The notes under the pieces were generated by a model. It made no database searches. It was not told where the DNA came from and saw only the letters and a program-made list of their open reading frames with translations. From the NCBI GenBank assembly GCA_963729715.1, contig CAVSPA010000004.1:480001-544000 (forward strand): a stretch of 64,000 nt of DNA. The letters run 5' to 3'. Positions 59,754 to 64,000 of the stretch are shown piece after piece. Positions within the stretch are counted from its first letter, which is position 1; each line of letters starts with the position of its first letter. This DNA is from an uncultured delta proteobacterium (lineage in GTDB: Bacteria; Desulfobacterota; Syntrophia; Syntrophales; UBA2185). A program made the translations under genes and the position numbers.

Positions 59754-62345
59754 ATGAGATTTGACAAATTTACATTAAAGGTTCAAGAGGCCCTGCAGGA
59801 GGCTGAGATCCTTGCGAAGAAATACGGAAACCAGAGTGTCGATGTCGAGCATCTTCTTGCCGCATTTCTTCTGCAGCCCGAAGGCATTGTCGGGGAAATA
59901 CTGAAGAAACTGGGAACAGATTCAAGAGTAATTGAAGCTGAAATCAAGAAATCTCTTGATAAATTACCGAGAGTTGAAGGTTCCGGTATCGGCCAGTCGT
60001 ATCTGACGTCGAGATTAAATAAAGTATTGGATGATGCCCTCATCGAAGCGGCGCGCTTGAAGGATGAGTATGTGAGTGCCGAGCACATCCTGATTGTAAT
60101 GGCGGAAGAAAAGGACGGAGTTGCCGGGAAGATTCTTAACGGCAAAGGCGTCACGAAGGACAATATCTTCAAGGTACTTCTCGAAATCAGAGGCAACCAG
60201 AGGATTACAGATCCGAATCCGGAAGAGAAATATCAAGCCCTGAAGCGTTATGCCCGGGACTTCAATGAACTTGCCAAGAAGGGTTCTTTCGACCCCGTCA
60301 TTGGGAGAGACGATGAAATCAGAAGAATCATGCAGGTGCTCTCCAGAAGAACCAAGAACAATCCTGTTCTTATAGGTGAACCGGGCGTGGGCAAGACCGC
60401 TATTGTGGAGGGTCTTGCGCAGCGAATTGTAAACGGTGACGTACCGGACAGCCTGAAGGACAAGCGTGTTGTCGGTTTAGATATAGGCGCCTTGATTGCC
60501 GGCGCCAAATATCGCGGAGAATTTGAAGAAAGACTCAAGGCGGTGCTTAAGGAAATAACAAGCGCGCAGGGGGAAATCATCCTCTTCATAGATGAGATCC
60601 ACACGATGGTCGGTGCTGGGGCCGCTGAGGGTGCGGTCGATGCTTCCAATATGATGAAACCTGCCCTTGCCAGGGGTGAATTACGGTGCATAGGTGCGAC
60701 GACATTGAATGAGTATCGCAAACATATCGAAAAAGATCCTGCCCTGGAACGGAGATTCCAGCCCATCATTGTGAGGGAGCCTTCAGTTGAGGATACCATT
60801 GCGATCCTCCGGGGATTAAAGGAACGATATGAAGTGCACCATGGAGTGAGGATCAAGGATTCTGCAATCATCGCCGCGGCGACACTTTCCGCCCGTTACA
60901 TCAGTGACAGGTTCTTGCCGGACAAGGCGGTCGATCTGATCGACGAGGCTGCATCCCGCCTCCGTATCGAACTCGACAGCATGCCCTCTGAAATCGATGC
61001 CATAGAGAGAAAGGTGACACAGTTGGAGATCGAGCGCCAATCCCTAAAGAACGAGTCGGATAAAACGACGCAGGACAGACGCAACAAAATTGATAAAGAA
61101 CTGAAGAAGCTCAGGGAATCAATGGAAAAAATGAAGACGCACTGGGCTCGAGAAAAAGAAATCATCAAAAATATTCAGCTTATCAAGAGCAAGATCGAAG
61201 AGTACAAGACAGAGGAGCTAAACGCACAGAGGGAGGGAAACTTAGCCAGGGCGGCCGAAATACGCTACGGAAAGCTTGTCGAACTAAACACGGAATTGGA
61301 ACGGGAGCACGCCAATCTTTCCGAGGTCCAGAAAGATAATAAGATGCTAAAAGAAGAGGTAGATGCGGAAGACGTCGCGGAGGTCGTGGCAAACTGGACA
61401 GGCATTCCCGTCTCACGCATGATGGAAAGTGATGTTCAGAAACTTATCCATATGGAAGACAGGCTCAAGAAAAGGGTCATAGGCCAGGATGAGGGTATAG
61501 CCGCCGTCTCGAGTGCCTTGAGGAGAGCCCGTTCAGGCCTACATGATCCGAATAGGCCTATCGGCTCTTTTATTTTTCTCGGGCCTACTGGCGTAGGTAA
61601 AACAGAGCTGGCGCGAGCACTCGCGGAATTCATGTTTGACAACGAGCAGGCCATGATCAGAATTGACATGTCCGAGTACATGGAAAAGCACTCCGTCGCC
61701 CGACTGATCGGCGCACCCCCGGGATACGTGGGATACGACGAAGGCGGCTACCTCACTGAGGCGATACGAAGAAGACCATACACAGTTGTGCTTTTCGATG
61801 AAATTGAAAAGGCGCACGTAGATGTATTCAACATATTCTTGCAGATCCTGGACGACGGCAGATTGACCGATGGCCATGGCAGGACCGTTGACTTTAAGAA
61901 CACCATTGTTATTATGACATCTAACATTGGCAGCCAATGGACTCAGGATATGACCATGAATGATGAAGAAAGGCGAGTGAGGACGATGGAGGCCTTAAGG
62001 TCTACGTTCAGGCCGGAATTCTTGAATCGCATAGATGATATTATTACTTTCAGATCATTGGCCATAGACGATATCGATAGGATAATTGACATCCAGATCG
62101 ATCTGATTCAGAAAAGGCTGAAAGACCGCAAATTGACCATTGAATTGACAGAAAATTCAAAGAAATATATAGCTAAGACCGGATACAGCCCGCTTTACGG
62201 TGCGCGGCCCCTGAAGCGGGCTCTCCAGAAACTGCTTCTGGACACTCTTGCCATGGGAATTCTCGAGGGAAAGTTTGCCGAAGGAGAACATATCATCGTT
62301 GATGCTAAAGAAAACGGCGAGATGATTTTTAAGAGGAAAAAGTAG
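59754..62345 (+). CDS. clpB: AAA+ disaggregase ClpB
   Basis: Two AAA domains ([16 protein letters not shown]) with long coiled-coil M domain. Confidence 0.97.
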   Translation: MRFDKFTLKVQEALQEAEILAKKYGNQSVDVEHLLAAFLLQPEGIVGEILKKLGTDSRVIEAEIKKSLDKLPRVEGSGIGQSYLTSRLNKVLDDALIEAARLKDEYVSAEHILIVMAEEKDGVAGKILNGKGVTKDNIFKVLLEIRGNQRITDPNPEEKYQALKRYARDFNELAKKGSFDPVIGRDDEIRRIMQVLSRRTKNNPVLIGEPGVGKTAIVEGLAQRIVNGDVPDSLKDKRVVGLDIGALIAGAKYRGEFEERLKAVLKEITSAQGEIILFIDEIHTMVGAGAAEGAVDASNMMKPALARGELRCIGATTLNEYRKHIEKDPALERRFQPIIVREPSVEDTIAILRGLKERYEVHHGVRIKDSAIIAAATLSARYISDRFLPDKAVDLIDEAASRLRIELDSMPSEIDAIERKVTQLEIERQSLKNESDKTTQDRRNKIDKELKKLRESMEKMKTHWAREKEIIKNIQLIKSKIEEYKTEELNAQREGNLARAAEIRYGKLVELNTELEREHANLSEVQKDNKMLKEEVDAEDVAEVVANWTGIPVSRMMESDVQKLIHMEDRLKKRVIGQDEGIAAVSSALRRARSGLHDPNRPIGSFIFLGPTGVGKTELARALAEFMFDNEQAMIRIDMSEYMEKHSVARLIGAPPGYVGYDEGGYLTEAIRRRPYTVVLFDEIEKAHVDVFNIFLQILDDGRLTDGHGRTVDFKNTIVIMTSNIGSQWTQDMTMNDEERRVRTMEALRSTFRPEFLNRIDDIITFRSLAIDDIDRIIDIQIDLIQKRLKDRKLTIELTENSKKYIAKTGYSPLYGARPLKRALQKLLLDTLAMGILEGKFAEGEHIIVDAKENGEMIFKRKK

Positions 62346-62364
62346 GTAGCAAGGAGGTTTATCG

Positions 62365-63213
62365 ATGAATGCCATTAAAACGGGCTTGTTGCTCGGTGTC
62401 TTGACGGGTCTGTTAATGCTGATAGGGGGATATTTCGGTGGCAAGCAGGGCGTTGTCATCGCCTTTATCTTTGCTACGGTGATGAATTTCGGAGCGTACT
62501 GGTTTTCCGATAAACTCATATTGCGCATGTATAACGCGCAGGAAGTGGTAGAAAGCCAGGCGCCTCAACTCTATGCCGTGGTGAAGAACTTGGCCTTGAA
62601 GGCCGGCCTTCCCATGCCAAAGGTCTATATTGTCCCCGGTGAAACGCCCAATGCCTTCGCCACCGGACGTAATGAAGACCATGCAGTAGTCGCCGTAACA
62701 GAAGGAATCTTAAGAATTCTGAACAGAGAAGAACTGGAGGGTGTTCTTGCTCACGAATTGACGCACATTAAGAACAAGGACATGCTTATCGGTTCCATTG
62801 CAGCAACCCTTGCCGGAGCCATCGTCATGCTGGCAAATATGGCTCAGTGGGCGGCTATCTTCGGTGGATCTAACCGCGACGACAGCGAGGAAGGTGGCGG
62901 CGTCATCGGTCTCATCATAATGGCGATTCTTGCACCCATTGCGGCAACTATTATACGGATGGCAATTTCCAGATCGAGGGAATACCTGGCTGACGAAGGC
63001 GGGGCCCGTGTATCAGGCAAACCATACGGCCTGGCAGGCGCCCTGGAAAAACTGTCGAAGGCATCACGGGCGATGCCGATGGATGCAAACCCTTCAACCG
63101 CTCATATGTTTATCGTCAACCCGCTGACGGGAAAATCTCTTATGAACCTCTTCAGTACACATCCTCCCATCGAAGAACGCGTTGCACGGTTAAGGAGCAT
63201 GAAGCCCATGTGA
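62365..63213 (+). CDS. htpX: Membrane zinc protease HtpX
   Basis: [26 protein letters not shown]. Confidence 0.95.
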   Translation: MNAIKTGLLLGVLTGLLMLIGGYFGGKQGVVIAFIFATVMNFGAYWFSDKLILRMYNAQEVVESQAPQLYAVVKNLALKAGLPMPKVYIVPGETPNAFATGRNEDHAVVAVTEGILRILNREELEGVLAHELTHIKNKDMLIGSIAATLAGAIVMLANMAQWAAIFGGSNRDDSEEGGGVIGLIIMAILAPIAATIIRMAISRSREYLADEGGARVSGKPYGLAGALEKLSKASRAMPMDANPSTAHMFIVNPLTGKSLMNLFSTHPPIEERVARLRSMKPM

Positions 63214-63347
63214 GCATAAGATGGCAAATGCTCGTTCTGAAGCGGCTTAATTAAGTGTCGTTAATTTCATATGTAGCCTTACTCTCGACACTCAGTCCAG
63301 GGCTTAATGAAGAACACGGATGCTTGTTGGCATAGAAGGAGACTATT

Positions 63348-63770
63348 ATGGACGATGGAAAAAAAGAGAAGGGATTTGTGATCAAGGATAAACGAATTTT
63401 TGATGAATCCGGTGAAGCTCGCGCGGAAGATGTGAAGAAAGAGGAAACGGCAGGCGATAAGAAATCAGAGGAGAAATCTGTCAAAGACAATGGTCACACA
63501 GGTACACGAGAAGAATATATCCCAGAAGTCACCTTTTCCAATTTTGTTCTTTCACTGAGTACAACCGTCATGTATCATCTCGGCGATTTTCCCGACCCAG
63601 CAACAAATAAATCGGAAAAAAATCTCGCTGCCGCTAAACAAACAATTGACATGCTCAACATGATAAAAATTAAGACGGCAGGAAATCTCGATAACGATGA
63701 AAAAGGGCTCCTCGAGGGAATCCTCTATGAGCTGATGATGAGATACGTCAAAGAGAAGGAAGCAGGATGA
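63348..63770 (+). CDS. DUF1844-family protein
   Basis: F..FVLSL, AKQTID.L......KT.GNL...E...L...LYEL. Confidence 0.82.
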   Translation: MDDGKKEKGFVIKDKRIFDESGEARAEDVKKEETAGDKKSEEKSVKDNGHTGTREEYIPEVTFSNFVLSLSTTVMYHLGDFPDPATNKSEKNLAAAKQTIDMLNMIKIKTAGNLDNDEKGLLEGILYELMMRYVKEKEAG

Positions 63771-64000
63771 TCAGCAAATTGTCGCCTGCAAAAGTTAACC
63801 TCCTCCTCCGCGTCCTGGGCAAGCGGGCAGATGGCTTTCATGACATTTCAACGTTGATGCAAAGGATAAGTCTTTATGATGAAATGATATTCTCGCCGGC
63901 TGTCAGCGGTATTACCTTGAGCTGCCCCGGCAGTGCCATTCCGGAAAACGGCAGTAACATCGTGTACAGAGCGGCAGATGCCCTCCTCTCGCGTTTCTCT
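63767..64000 (+). CDS. ispE: 4-diphosphocytidyl-2-C-methyl-D-erythritol kinase (3'-truncated by window edge)
   Basis: MISKLSPAKVNLLLRVLGKRADGFHDISTLMQ...NIVYRAA. Confidence 0.92.
   Translation, partial: MISKLSPAKVNLLLRVLGKRADGFHDISTLMQRISLYDEMIFSPAVSGITLSCPGSAIPENGSNIVYRAADALLSRFS

Noticed and set aside
9528..63490. Many antisense or overlapping ORFs in the track (e.g. 9528-10154, 15561-16343, 27736-28401, 36756-37454, 60248-60871)
   Set aside because: They are shadow frames of well-supported genes on the other strand or frame, with no domain motifs.

Overview
This is mostly core chromosome of an anaerobic deltaproteobacterium (Desulfobacterota, probably Syntrophales-like; inferred from gene content and order). 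Housekeeping loci include mog, ligA, adk, nfeD/SPFH, udg, coaBC, the kdsA-kdsC-lptCAB-rpoN-hpf-ptsN-hprK-rapZ cluster, xerD, amiC-like amidase, metF, rpsF-rpsR-DUF2232-rplI-dnaB, rpoH, clpB, htpX and ispE. Three regions stand out. (1) An integrase-less island of about 10.2 kb sits in tRNA-Arg(CCG), bounded by 47-bp direct repeats at 44131-44177 and 54379-54425. It holds hicAB, a relic integron cassette array (attC sites, mostly secreted proteins sharing a C-terminal motif, a possible attI and intI remnant), a recurring AGAACTTCCTGAAG boundary motif, a sigma54-driven orphan atpZ-like pair, an IS256 with a 9-bp target duplication, and a group II intron cut off exactly at the right att repeat. 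(2) An operon at 32.3-38.9 kb joins DRTGG, Ser/Thr-kinase, PHP and HATPase signalling genes to a HydC/HydD/HydB-like flavoprotein module. It has no catalytic HydA or Fdh subunit, and HydB is fused to a GltD/NfnB-like NADP(H) domain. (3) A 188-bp gene-less IS200/IS605-type element with intact ends lies upstream of xerD. All calls were made by eye from motifs; no database searches were run.
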